From a virus, in IMG/VR virus record IMGVR_UViG_3300025676_000013: 64,000 nucleotides of DNA. The stretch is one strand, 5' to 3'. Both the position numbers and the translations under genes were made by a program. Below the pieces are notes generated by a model. It worked only from the letters and a program-made list of their open reading frames with translations, searched no databases and was not told the origin of the DNA. The stretch's first letter is position 1. Every line of letters starts with the position of its first letter. Below are positions 18,801-27,662 of the stretch, one piece after another.

Positions 18801-19431
18801 CCTCTTCAGCAAACGTAATATTACCTTCTGCATTGTAGAGATAATCAGTAAATCCGATTTCTCTAGTCATCGTGACTTCAGAAAGTAGAGTATTCGTTTG
18901 ATGGATAGAATATCCAGAATCGGCTGCGCCAGAAGTATATTGCGATAAGTTCGCAAGCATATCTGCTAGTGCTTGAGCAATAATAGAATCCTGATACGCA
19001 ACGTGACCAGTATAATCAGTCGTTAATTGCGATAGGCTGTTTGTTAAATTCGTTTCAAGAGTATTAGCGTGATTTGATAGAACATTTCCTGCATCATTGG
19101 CCCAAGGGACGAATGTTGCATTGACGAATCCTTGAACCTCATCGTTCATATAGGTTTCTACAGCGTTCATAGCCGTATTTGTTCTAACAACTACCTCATT
19201 CTTGAAGGTATTCTGTTGATTTTCTAAAGGAGTTGAGATATTATCATTCAACCAGTTCTTCATTGATGCGGCCATCGCATTCAACTTAGTCGGTATCATA
19301 ACCGCTGGTGTATTTGTGTATATCTCTACTTCTTCGGTAAACGCCGTGACATCGACACTATCAAATGTAATATCTGGTATGTCATTGAACGGGTCAACCG
19401 CAGTAGTTATGCTTGATAGTGTTACGGACAT
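15847..19431 (-). CDS. Large virion structural protein (1194 aa): helical N-terminus, G-x-GY beta repeats, HxH module, degenerate cupredoxin-like domain, Cys module
   Basis: Repeated V..I.I...G.GY motifs typical of marine T4-like structural proteins; late promoter upstream. Confidence 0.7.
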   Translation of the reverse strand: MSVTLSSITTAVDPFNDIPDITFDSVDVTAFTEEVEIYTNTPAVMIPTKLNAMAASMKNWLNDNISTPLENQQNTFKNEVVVRTNTAMNAVETYMNDEVQGFVNATFVPWANDAGNVLSNHANTLETNLTNSLSQLTTDYTGHVAYQDSIIAQALADMLANLSQYTSGAADSGYSIHQTNTLLSEVTMTREIGFTDYLYNAEGNITFAEEGPNKTHHISYNPTSGAIVSFGESMQIVGEPRPFQHHLKLDIETATGSTSVTKIKAYDINKNTTVGGVTTFRATGHEINGDPAVDLTILNNTSIPDTDNPELILRRGADAALMFGGVDSGDYVKITDITGNTVYNNGVTGNFAEHYDTVLFKPFQSYCHDATSSVTGWGVTAMHNASDIDGSGGSYDTPTTCEEYFDPIVALLDDFTRSYEYNISGESYVKELSDGLIYKVFINDDSGFIDSYAYTVDANGKQGTGAILNAVYDDGVSDVVITNGGTKWSANTSVRAFDKGAVDVAGSVETKAVSSFTLKDGMVEEVKVETPGAGYTGYYEVAVAAVPGGDGHTHTVHLTQTEVNLIKSGTPVLSTTVDAGHTHDQTVSWNVFNQSFEFTATNGAHVHPREVTTHIVNPTITLTFTTSTGGLAAGYVTLKEDDSVDFVTITDGGADYVVADSVAITGGTPTVAAATSMSLVDGGIAGFAVSVAGTGYTDTTAKTVSVDIQNNAFVPSIISANVGDTLEFTNLDIQAHTITHAGGMFDSGDVPQNAVFTYVITKECEITDKYDLYDDNDTNIKATLWVRDNSVFVDINSPTGGGVRGLATVDAAGTIINIAVDRPGQGYTLTDIVNIVDVSGPGEGAYATVETNRSIASVGVANRGTGYSPETKIVVMDPTGTPQYDITGNMTGTLYGSGAIVRPVLTTEAVPGSCSDVAFSDEATCVAGSGTWTAPITIGEIVSITVVKPGSNYVDVEFTINDPLDTGSGAVLTQDLNNVVTDIVLTTRGTNYDEPMIVVSDAGGLVGSSTKSVGSGFVGSVSLNNGIGAGTIVEDWADYVPGETRVIVVDEHAEPTGYGAEGTVVLGLNGNVSSIEFTNPGTAYKTPVIIVAGPVLLQGASINNVNVDLALFGPEGNTNDSEFSANNTAGTNYKNGIMIQFENPNGHTLNDSWSFKTQSWTLGTPASLLYTSSRYDGNLENMRGIITLKDVWEV

Positions 19432-19465
19432 TGTATTTTATCTCCAAAATTGTATTCTTCTGATA

Positions 19466-19473
19466 TATTTATA
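19466..19473 (-). promoter_or_regulatory. Late promoter TATAAATA
   Basis: tatttata on +, upstream of the 1194-aa gene. Confidence 0.75.
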
Positions 19474-19501
19474 AGAACTAAATTCATAATCATATCGTAT
19501 A

Positions 19502-22500
19502 TTATGGAATCACTAGAGAAGATACTTCTCTAAATTGAGTTCCGTCTGCGTTTTCAACTATTACATCATATGTTCCAGAAGCCAGTCCACCTTGGTCATC
19601 GACCATTGCCAGATTATTAACATCTGTGAACTGGTAACTTGGACTATTTGCCACTGGTCCTGTACCCGGAGTGCTAGTAAGTTCTACCCACACTACAGTA
19701 CCATTTCCACCAGATACAAATCCTGCTCCAAGTATAAACCAATTAGACGGGTCTATCTCCGTGACCGATATGATTCTTAATGTATCTCTAACATTGAATA
19801 AGGTTGGAGCAGTTGCGGTATCTCCATCAGTATTTGTAATTATAAACTCTTGGTCTCCAAGTGGAGTTAGAGGATTGATAACAAAATTAACTTTAGTAGG
19901 CAACAAGACTGCTTGTGAAACCTGTTCGACTCCACCGAGTGTGATTGTCCATAATGGGTCAATACCATCACCAACTACTTCGACTGTATCTCCCGCCATT
20001 GCTGAGACTACTGTAGTATCCCAAGTTCCTCTTGGTGCAATACATTCTGCTTCAGTCGTGAAGTTAGCATCAGAACAATGTGCTGGAACTTCAGGAGTCC
20101 AAGTGCCTCTTGGTGCGATACAAGTTGCTTCAGTCGTATATGAAACGTCAGTACAAGTACCTGGGGTCCAAGTATTATTCGCTGAAGTCCAAGTATTATT
20201 CGCTGAAGTCCACGTACCTGCATTATTTTCACAAGATACTTGGTCATAGTAAGAACCGATAGAACAAGTTCCCTGAGCCAGACAGTTAGTTTCGTTATTG
20301 TTATATACTGGATTAGAACAAGTTCCTTCCATTATACAATCTGCTTCAGTATTATTTGCCGATGCTGAACAACTTCCTGCAGTCCAAGTTCCGAATGGTT
20401 CTACACAACCTGCTTCAGTAGTATAAATTCCATCAGAACAGAATTCTGTTGCGAGTCCCGTCCAAGCACCGTTTATTGTTTCACAATCTACAGAGTTGTA
20501 GTATAATGGATTAGAACAAGATGGGGTTATTGCCGATACTGCTCTATTACCAAACTCAATACTCATAGTGGAAATCATAATTGGTGGATTAAGAATTTCA
20601 TTAGAACGCTTGTTAACGTCATAGTAATCTTCAACTACAGATTCTCCGAATGATTCAAGAGTACGCATTCCAGCGATTGGCTGTCCAACGTAATCTGCAT
20701 TCTTCATATCAAGATGGTTGTTTGCCCATCGCTCTTCTCCTCCGATTGGAACTCCGAAGACGTTCATTGAACGTGCTAACAATAGATACTCATCAGATGA
20801 AAGATTAGGAACAGATTTTACTGAGATGTTATCCCAATAAGTGAATCCATTTCCAGTAGTTGAAAGAGTTAAGAATGCGTTACCCGTAACAGGTGCAGTA
20901 AAGATAAAGTCTTTAGAGCCGTCTGTGTCGTTCGCCGCAATCACCATACTTCCATACGCATCTGAATCAGGCGTAGGACCAATCTTAACGATTGAATCAG
21001 TAGGTCTATCAATATCGAATGATACTTTATAATTCAATTTATCAGTAACTTCAAAACTAATATGTGCAATACCTCTTGCAGAAGTACCGACACCAGATGT
21101 ATATATTTGTTGAGTATTTTGATTTACATAAGCCTCTGCACCTTGCTGAGGTGAGAATGTCCATTTCTCTTCGATTTCTCTAACAGAAACATCATCAATA
21201 CTTCCTTGAAATCCCGTATTAGTATAATAAGGACTATAATTTTCAGGTCGATTATTATCTACAGTAGATATGAAGTGAATTTTGCTATCCGCAGAACCCG
21301 CTCTAACGTGATGTGTACGTTGTCCGCTTGGAACAAGTCCAGTTGTATCAGCATCAAGAACTGGGATATCTTCTTCGTGTAATGATACAGAATTGATTAA
21401 TCCAGTTCCATTCATTCGTAGAACAAACTGGTCACTGGCTTCACCTATCAAATCGAGATGATGAATACCAGATGTAGTAATCGTTTTCTGAAGAACTCCG
21501 CCAATCAAGATTTCAATTGATGGGTTATTAGCAGATGTTCCAATCAATGCTAGTGTCTCGTGTCCTTCAGGAATAGTTTGACTAACTAGAATATAACTTC
21601 CAGTATCATAACTAATAGTGAATTCGTGAGTATATGTATCAGCGTGATAGGCATCAGTCTGAGGGAATGTTCTTGTGCGAGTTGCATCAGCCATCAACCA
21701 ATCAGCATCAACCTGTGTAATCTGGAATTGATGTGAGTGACTTCCGTTAGGACCAGGCCCAACTTGGAAAGTAAGAATATTATGTGTCTCAAGAACACAA
21801 TCTAATGTAGTCTCGTAACTAGAGTTTTTGACTAAATTATTCTCTAGAGTATATGTCATTGTTCCATTTACAGAAGAGTTAAAGTTCATCACTGCATTAG
21901 TAATTGAAACATCAACACCCGAAGCAGTCCAATTGATTTGAAGTGGGTCTACTATATCAAGATTCCAGTTAGCAATCTTATGAGTAGTATCACTACCAAG
22001 AGCAACTCTTAATCGCCCAGTCATTCCATTATCACTTGGGTCCATATCTGCTAAGGTATACTTAACTTCATATAGTTTGCCAGGAGTAAATACTACTGTC
22101 TGATTAATCTCAGTATCAGATAAAATAGTTCCGTCAAGATACGCTTTACCGTTGATTGACTGCCATCCTTCACCCATATACCAAGCATTCTGTCCAGTAA
22201 CACGTTCTCTGATTGATATATTATCAATCTTACCTATTCCCGTGTTAGACAATCTCAGTATTGCAGTATTATTAGGAGCGACTACAGTTTCAGAATAATG
22301 TCCTACTAGTGTATTTGCAGTTCCGACAATCGTTGTATCGCCCATCAAGGATGCTGTAAGTGTTCCATTCTCTGCGCCGAATACATCTTTAAACGACTCA
22401 ATAATATCATATTGAATTTCGTAAGTGATTCCGTCTTGAACTGTTCCAGTAACAAGTTGTTCGATATGAGCGGCAGTGCCATCAGTTGTATGTGCAGTAC

Positions 22501-25500
22501 CACCGTTTACTTCCCAAGAACCTGTCTCTGTCCAAACAACTTCTTTGAATGAAACATTGTCGAGTAGAATATTTGAACGCTGATTAATATCAACACTCAT
22601 ATAAACTTTAGCAAGTCCCTCGTGGTTATTTGTTACAAGGAATTGCTCTGAATTAGCACCTTTTATCATTGTAACTGGGTCAATATATTGGATAGTACCA
22701 AGTTCAATATTCATTGCTTGAATCTTAGGTAGTGCTCCAAGTCCAGTTGCTGTTACTAGATTTCCAAGTTGTAACAAGTCTGCTTGAGTTCCCGCTACTG
22801 GGAACGCATTTGCAGGTTCTGGTTGTACTTGGAAGTAATCATTTCCTGTTCCGTTGTCTATTTGAATTTTATCTTTAATGTGTAATGGAGTGTACATATT
22901 TTCTTGACCGTGATGATAATAAACTACGATATCATCTCCAGCATTAACTACTGGAATGTCAATAATATTGAATGTACCAACCATAGATGCGTGCCAACCA
23001 CACTGATAATACAGTGTGTCTGGTGCAACTGAAGGTACAGTAAATTCTACAATCTCATACTTAGGAACTCCTGCGGCATCTAGTCCGAATTTAGAACCTG
23101 GGTCAGTTTGAACCCCTGCTCCTTCTTCTCCTCTAGAACCCGTGACACCCAATAGATACTCACCGAAGTAAGCGCCTGGGGTAAAGTGACTTCCGTCATC
23201 AGTAGTTATATAGAATGGATGACCAGGTGCGTTGACTCTAAATCTATAAGTAGCACCTCTGTATAAGTTAAGAGTTCTGTTTGTTCCCTCAATCATTCCT
23301 TCTTTATCAAATTTGTATAGTCCGCCATCATCTTCTACTGCGTAGTAGAGATTAGTTTCTCCTGGCGGTACGAATGGCCCAAATCCAGATACTCCATCAG
23401 CACCTGTTAGACCGAAATCTTCTGGGATTTTCCAAGTAAATTCTTTCGAGAAGTTACCAATCCATTGTGACACTCTCCATTGTGCTAGTCCAACATCTTC
23501 ATTTGGATTTAATGCGGTACATACTGAGTAGTCATCGACTCCATTGTAATACCAACCAGTTACATCTAGTTCTTCACACCATCCACTCAATCCCATACAA
23601 ACTGGGAATGGTTGGTCTGAAACCCAAGTTCCTGGGTTATCCTCAAGAGATACAAAGTCGTTTAGAGCCCCAGTTTCAATGGTTAATCCGTGACTTGCGT
23701 TTTTATTAACACAATGATAGCCCTCATTTGGTTCGCCTAAGCCTCGTGTCATACCCGCTTGAACTAGGTTATCCCAGCCTCCACCAGGTATTGCTTTAAT
23801 ACCAGCGGCGTGCATATACATATCTTGCATTACACCAGTGAATGGGTCAGGAGCAGTAACGTGTCCTGAAGAACTCCAAGCATTATTTACAAATGTATAT
23901 TTACCACCACGGAATAAGTCGAATCCTCCTGCTGTTCCTTCGTTACCACCGAATGCTTCGTGTTCTGCAATGTCTCTTTGATAAGGATAGTAAGAGATGT
24001 TTGACATATCGTGCCAAGACCAGAACCAAGGAGAATCTTGTGCTCCTTCAACTGTAGTCTGGCCAGGGTCAGCGGCTGTAATAGTAGATTGTGTATCGAC
24101 AATAATTTCAAATCCGTCTGTGGGTCCGTAACCATCGCCAAGTGCAACAACTGTATGGTTCATCATTGCGCCAGGTAATTCAGTAGGCGTATATGGTTGT
24201 GGTCCAGATGGTAACTGAACAACATCACCAACTGATAATGCGTGATTGACTGATTTAACAGTTCTTGGTCGAGACCATAGAACTTCTACACCAGAGATGA
24301 ACGGGTCACCAACGTGGTTAGTTAAATCTCGTTCAACTTCGTATCTAAAGGATGCCATATCAGCAACAACTTCATAACTCTCAATAACATTGAAGAAAGT
24401 TGGAGTAGTTCCTGGCGCATTCTCTAGAGGATAAATTACTGTTTCAGTTAATGCAAAGTGGTCCCAATCGATAACATAGTCAACAAAGTAATTTGTATTA
24501 CCGTGATGAATTCCGTTATATACGTTAGTATAGTGTATCTTGTCGCCTGCTTTAAGTTGGTGTCCGTCTGATTCAATACCACGTTCTTTCTTAACATATC
24601 CTGCGATATCTGTGAAAGGCGTTGCGATTGTAGAAGGATTCAAATCATCGCCACCTAAAGCGAAATCATATTTTCCAACTGTGAATTGACTTGACCCAGG
24701 ATAGTATACTCTATCAAAATCGTGAATATGTTGGTCAATCGAAATAATTAAATATGTGTCATTTGCAGGGTCGATACATCCAAATTCTACTGTATGGAAA
24801 TGCTGTGGGTCAGAAGTTCCGTAATTGGAAGTTCCAATCTTAGTTGCTCCGCCCGTATGACTCCAAGTTCCATCAGTGTCTTGTGTGACTCCAGTTAATG
24901 GACTTGCTTTTAGTGTCGCTTCGTCTGTTATGTCAAGGAGCAATTGATGATAATGACCAAAGTTAGTCAATTCAATATTAGTTCCGCCTTCGATAACATA
25001 GTATTCAGACATACCGTGAGTATGTGAGCCAGTCATTCCAACTATATACATTCCACCAGCACCATTGTTTAGTGCAGGGTCCCAGTTATATGTAACAGAG
25101 TGAGCGTGAGGAGAGTTATCTCCAGAGCCAGTTCCGTCTGTCGTTGACATTGAAATTACGTTTGTGCCTGTTTGAATAGTAGCGTATTCGGCAGTTGTGA
25201 GTTCACCAGTGTGTATGTGTCCGATAACATTAACGTCATCAAAGAATACATCGACTCGTGCATCACCTTTTTGTACTGCGGTGATAATATAATCTTCCCA
25301 TTTACGCTCTCCAACTCCAACTACTGCTCCGCCACCCGTTGTGCTTCCGCCTGAACCATAACCAGTACCGCCTTGTTCTAGAGTAAGTGAAGTAATACTA
25401 CCATCAACTGAGCCTGTTGCTAAAGCATTGACTGTTGGTGAACCACCAACAAATGTAACAGCAGGTGGGCCAGTATATTCAGAACCCGCATTCGTTATTG

Positions 25501-27214
25501 TTACTGTATCAACAAATCCAGTAGCATCAATCGTACAAGTCGCTTCGGCTTGAATCGCAGTTCCACCATCAGCAACTAATACTCCGAATGGAGCAGAAAT
25601 AGATATAGTAGGAACAGATTGATAACCAGTTCCAGGTTCGTCTATAACAATACCCGTGACTGAAGCATCAAATCCTATAGTGCCAGTTGCACCAGCACCA
25701 CCTCCGCCAGAGATATACATTGTCGGGATGTTTGTGTATTGAGAACCACCACTATTTAATGTCAATGCTGTTACTACACCACCAACAACTGTCGCATCTG
25801 CCGAAGCATTTACTGTATTAGAATCATTACCACCTTGGAAGGTGATAACAACTGGAACAGTAGCATTCGGGTCAGTTTCAACGTCACCAGACTGAAATGA
25901 TACTAAGTCAGTAAGTGAAAGGTCGTGATAAAGTGATTCTACTACGTTTTGTGAGCCTGCTCCACCAATTGAGGTACAGAGTTGAGGCATTATCTGGCTA
26001 ATATTATAAGAATTAGATAGTGCAGGTAAGGCTACATTAGCGCCATAGTTAATAGGAATCTTGATTGTATCGCCGGGGTTTAGTCCGTGATTCAATGAAT
26101 AAACAAATCTGTGGTTAGTCGTACTGGACAATCTTCCTTCTTCGAGCGGGTGAAAAGTACAGTGAAAATATAAATCGTGATATCCATCTACTACCCAAGC
26201 CCACTGTTCACCAGGTGAAAGGTCAGGAGAAGCAAAGGATATATTATCATCAGAAACAGCATTGTGAACCAATATGTTTGTATCTGGATTATTAAATATG
26301 ATTGTGTCGCCTTCTCTCGCTTCGAGATGGTAAGGGACAAGAATATGTGTTTGTGTGTTCGGGTCGTTAATTGCGCCTTCGAACCAGTGACCGCCTGTAC
26401 TTGTACAAGCAGTTTCCATTGCGACAATTGAAGTCAGATATTCTGGTGTGATTACTGTCCAAGTCTCGCCAACACCTTCACAAGTTGCTTGGTCAGAGAT
26501 TGAAGGATTATTAGAACAACTGCTACAAGTAGGACGAACTAGAAGTTCGTCTTCTATTACAGAAGCAACAAATGTTCTTGGGGCTGGTCCACCACCAACT
26601 TCTGAGAAAGTCGCTGTATCAGGAGCAAGCATATCGACCATATTTTTAGCACCTGAAATAAGGTCCCAGTTAACATCATTAACTGTAAGGTCGTATGAAA
26701 ATTTGTATTGAGTATTTGGTTTAAGATTTGCTTCAAACCAAGCAAGAGCAACCTGTTGACCATCGGTGTAAGCATCAACAATCTGAGTTCCCTCAGTAAA
26801 GAACCTGTCGAATTGGTATGCAATACCATTCGCCCAAGGACTTGCTACGTTAATTGGTTCATCAAAACCACTATTCTTGAGCAATTCAACTTCAAACGCA
26901 TCTGCGGCAAAAGAACTATTTTGAACAAGGTTAGAGGATTCATATGTTATATCGAGACCACCATTCTCAATCATTTCTGTTGGTGATACGAATTGTTGTG
27001 AACGGCCTGCGACATTAATTAGAAAATCTTTATATTCTGGCAAATGTTCTAGGTTTTCCATTACCTCTAAAGACTTCAGCATAAGAGCCAAATCCTTAAC
27101 AAGAAGGTCAGGAGCATCCAATTTAATGTTCAAAGAGTCCAAGAAGGAACTCTTCTGTTGCTCTATAGTGTTTAATTCTAATAGACTGAATTTGTGACCT
27201 GTATAATGTGCCAT
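19502..27214 (-). CDS. Giant multidomain fibre/appendage protein (2570 aa): CBM-like jelly rolls, cupredoxin-like domains, HxH modules, Cys-module array, C-terminal IPT/TIG-like domains
   Basis: Domain motifs read from the translation; location in the tail/baseplate module. Confidence 0.7.
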   Translation of the reverse strand: MAHYTGHKFSLLELNTIEQQKSSFLDSLNIKLDAPDLLVKDLALMLKSLEVMENLEHLPEYKDFLINVAGRSQQFVSPTEMIENGGLDITYESSNLVQNSSFAADAFEVELLKNSGFDEPINVASPWANGIAYQFDRFFTEGTQIVDAYTDGQQVALAWFEANLKPNTQYKFSYDLTVNDVNWDLISGAKNMVDMLAPDTATFSEVGGGPAPRTFVASVIEDELLVRPTCSSCSNNPSISDQATCEGVGETWTVITPEYLTSIVAMETACTSTGGHWFEGAINDPNTQTHILVPYHLEAREGDTIIFNNPDTNILVHNAVSDDNISFASPDLSPGEQWAWVVDGYHDLYFHCTFHPLEEGRLSSTTNHRFVYSLNHGLNPGDTIKIPINYGANVALPALSNSYNISQIMPQLCTSIGGAGSQNVVESLYHDLSLTDLVSFQSGDVETDPNATVPVVITFQGGNDSNTVNASADATVVGGVVTALTLNSGGSQYTNIPTMYISGGGGAGATGTIGFDASVTGIVIDEPGTGYQSVPTISISAPFGVLVADGGTAIQAEATCTIDATGFVDTVTITNAGSEYTGPPAVTFVGGSPTVNALATGSVDGSITSLTLEQGGTGYGSGGSTTGGGAVVGVGERKWEDYIITAVQKGDARVDVFFDDVNVIGHIHTGELTTAEYATIQTGTNVISMSTTDGTGSGDNSPHAHSVTYNWDPALNNGAGGMYIVGMTGSHTHGMSEYYVIEGGTNIELTNFGHYHQLLLDITDEATLKASPLTGVTQDTDGTWSHTGGATKIGTSNYGTSDPQHFHTVEFGCIDPANDTYLIISIDQHIHDFDRVYYPGSSQFTVGKYDFALGGDDLNPSTIATPFTDIAGYVKKERGIESDGHQLKAGDKIHYTNVYNGIHHGNTNYFVDYVIDWDHFALTETVIYPLENAPGTTPTFFNVIESYEVVADMASFRYEVERDLTNHVGDPFISGVEVLWSRPRTVKSVNHALSVGDVVQLPSGPQPYTPTELPGAMMNHTVVALGDGYGPTDGFEIIVDTQSTITAADPGQTTVEGAQDSPWFWSWHDMSNISYYPYQRDIAEHEAFGGNEGTAGGFDLFRGGKYTFVNNAWSSSGHVTAPDPFTGVMQDMYMHAAGIKAIPGGGWDNLVQAGMTRGLGEPNEGYHCVNKNASHGLTIETGALNDFVSLEDNPGTWVSDQPFPVCMGLSGWCEELDVTGWYYNGVDDYSVCTALNPNEDVGLAQWRVSQWIGNFSKEFTWKIPEDFGLTGADGVSGFGPFVPPGETNLYYAVEDDGGLYKFDKEGMIEGTNRTLNLYRGATYRFRVNAPGHPFYITTDDGSHFTPGAYFGEYLLGVTGSRGEEGAGVQTDPGSKFGLDAAGVPKYEIVEFTVPSVAPDTLYYQCGWHASMVGTFNIIDIPVVNAGDDIVVYYHHGQENMYTPLHIKDKIQIDNGTGNDYFQVQPEPANAFPVAGTQADLLQLGNLVTATGLGALPKIQAMNIELGTIQYIDPVTMIKGANSEQFLVTNNHEGLAKVYMSVDINQRSNILLDNVSFKEVVWTETGSWEVNGGTAHTTDGTAAHIEQLVTGTVQDGITYEIQYDIIESFKDVFGAENGTLTASLMGDTTIVGTANTLVGHYSETVVAPNNTAILRLSNTGIGKIDNISIRERVTGQNAWYMGEGWQSINGKAYLDGTILSDTEINQTVVFTPGKLYEVKYTLADMDPSDNGMTGRLRVALGSDTTHKIANWNLDIVDPLQINWTASGVDVSITNAVMNFNSSVNGTMTYTLENNLVKNSSYETTLDCVLETHNILTFQVGPGPNGSHSHQFQITQVDADWLMADATRTRTFPQTDAYHADTYTHEFTISYDTGSYILVSQTIPEGHETLALIGTSANNPSIEILIGGVLQKTITTSGIHHLDLIGEASDQFVLRMNGTGLINSVSLHEEDIPVLDADTTGLVPSGQRTHHVRAGSADSKIHFISTVDNNRPENYSPYYTNTGFQGSIDDVSVREIEEKWTFSPQQGAEAYVNQNTQQIYTSGVGTSARGIAHISFEVTDKLNYKVSFDIDRPTDSIVKIGPTPDSDAYGSMVIAANDTDGSKDFIFTAPVTGNAFLTLSTTGNGFTYWDNISVKSVPNLSSDEYLLLARSMNVFGVPIGGEERWANNHLDMKNADYVGQPIAGMRTLESFGESVVEDYYDVNKRSNEILNPPIMISTMSIEFGNRAVSAITPSCSNPLYYNSVDCETINGAWTGLATEFCSDGIYTTEAGCVEPFGTWTAGSCSASANNTEADCIMEGTCSNPVYNNNETNCLAQGTCSIGSYYDQVSCENNAGTWTSANNTWTSANNTWTPGTCTDVSYTTEATCIAPRGTWTPEVPAHCSDANFTTEAECIAPRGTWDTTVVSAMAGDTVEVVGDGIDPLWTITLGGVEQVSQAVLLPTKVNFVINPLTPLGDQEFIITNTDGDTATAPTLFNVRDTLRIISVTEIDPSNWFILGAGFVSGGNGTVVWVELTSTPGTGPVANSPSYQFTDVNNLAMVDDQGGLASGTYDVIVENADGTQFREVSSLVIP
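20166..20212. repeat. 21-bp tandem repeat, about 2.2 copies (TSANNTW)
   Basis: gtccaagtattattcgctgaa x2 plus gtcca. Confidence 0.95.
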
Positions 27215-27235
27215 TTTTATATTATTTCCTATAAA

Positions 27236-27433
27236 TTATTCGGACGCTAGTTCGCTGGTGTAGTTCAACTGCATAGAGGTGGTAACATACGGGTCACTAA
27301 CTCCTAACATTTCAAATTCTTGCATCCTAACAAAATTATTTTGCTGTTGAATCATTATGTTGGTACGTTCACGCCACGTTTTGAAGGTTTCATCCTTTCT
27401 TACGTACGGTATAGTTGTGGTTCCAGTTGCCAT
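27236..27433 (-). CDS. Small structural protein resembling a fibre N-terminal attachment motif
   Basis: ETFKTWRERTN resembles the TF-x-x-WR-x-x-TN starts of T4-like fibres. Confidence 0.5.
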   Translation of the reverse strand: MATGTTTIPYVRKDETFKTWRERTNIMIQQQNNFVRMQEFEMLGVSDPYVTTSMQLNYTSELASE

Positions 27434-27439
27434 AAAGTC

Positions 27440-27652
27440 TTAATCCCCTCGGTTTTCAATCAAATCGTACACAAGTTTTTTTAGTCCCTTTATTTCGCTT
27501 CTCATACTATTTATAACTCTTCGAGAATCCGTTTGAACTTGTTGTGCTTCTTTCTGCTTTTTGATTGCAATTTTGCGTTGTTTATATGCTCCAGAGTCAG
27601 TAAATATGACTGCGCCAGTTCTTGGGTCTTTTGTATATGTTGGTTCCGCCAT
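27440..27652 (-). CDS. Small coiled-coil protein typical of marine T4-like phages
   Basis: KDPRTGAVIFTD..Y...I..MRSEIKGLKKL pattern; follows the DUF4815-type gene. Confidence 0.65.
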   Translation of the reverse strand: MAEPTYTKDPRTGAVIFTDSGAYKQRKIAIKKQKEAQQVQTDSRRVINSMRSEIKGLKKLVYDLIENRGD

Positions 27653-27662
27653 AATCTATCTC

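Noticed and set aside
20010-20530. CRISPR array or DGR template/variable repeat
   Set aside because: The repeats are in-frame coding units without unique spacers; there is no reverse transcriptase or cas gene and no adenine-specific mismatch pair in the window.
27215-27238. Stop-codon readthrough joining the 65-aa gene to the in-frame 2570-aa gene
   Set aside because: Same frame has a one-in-three chance; the stop is TAA and the downstream gene has its own AGGA SD.
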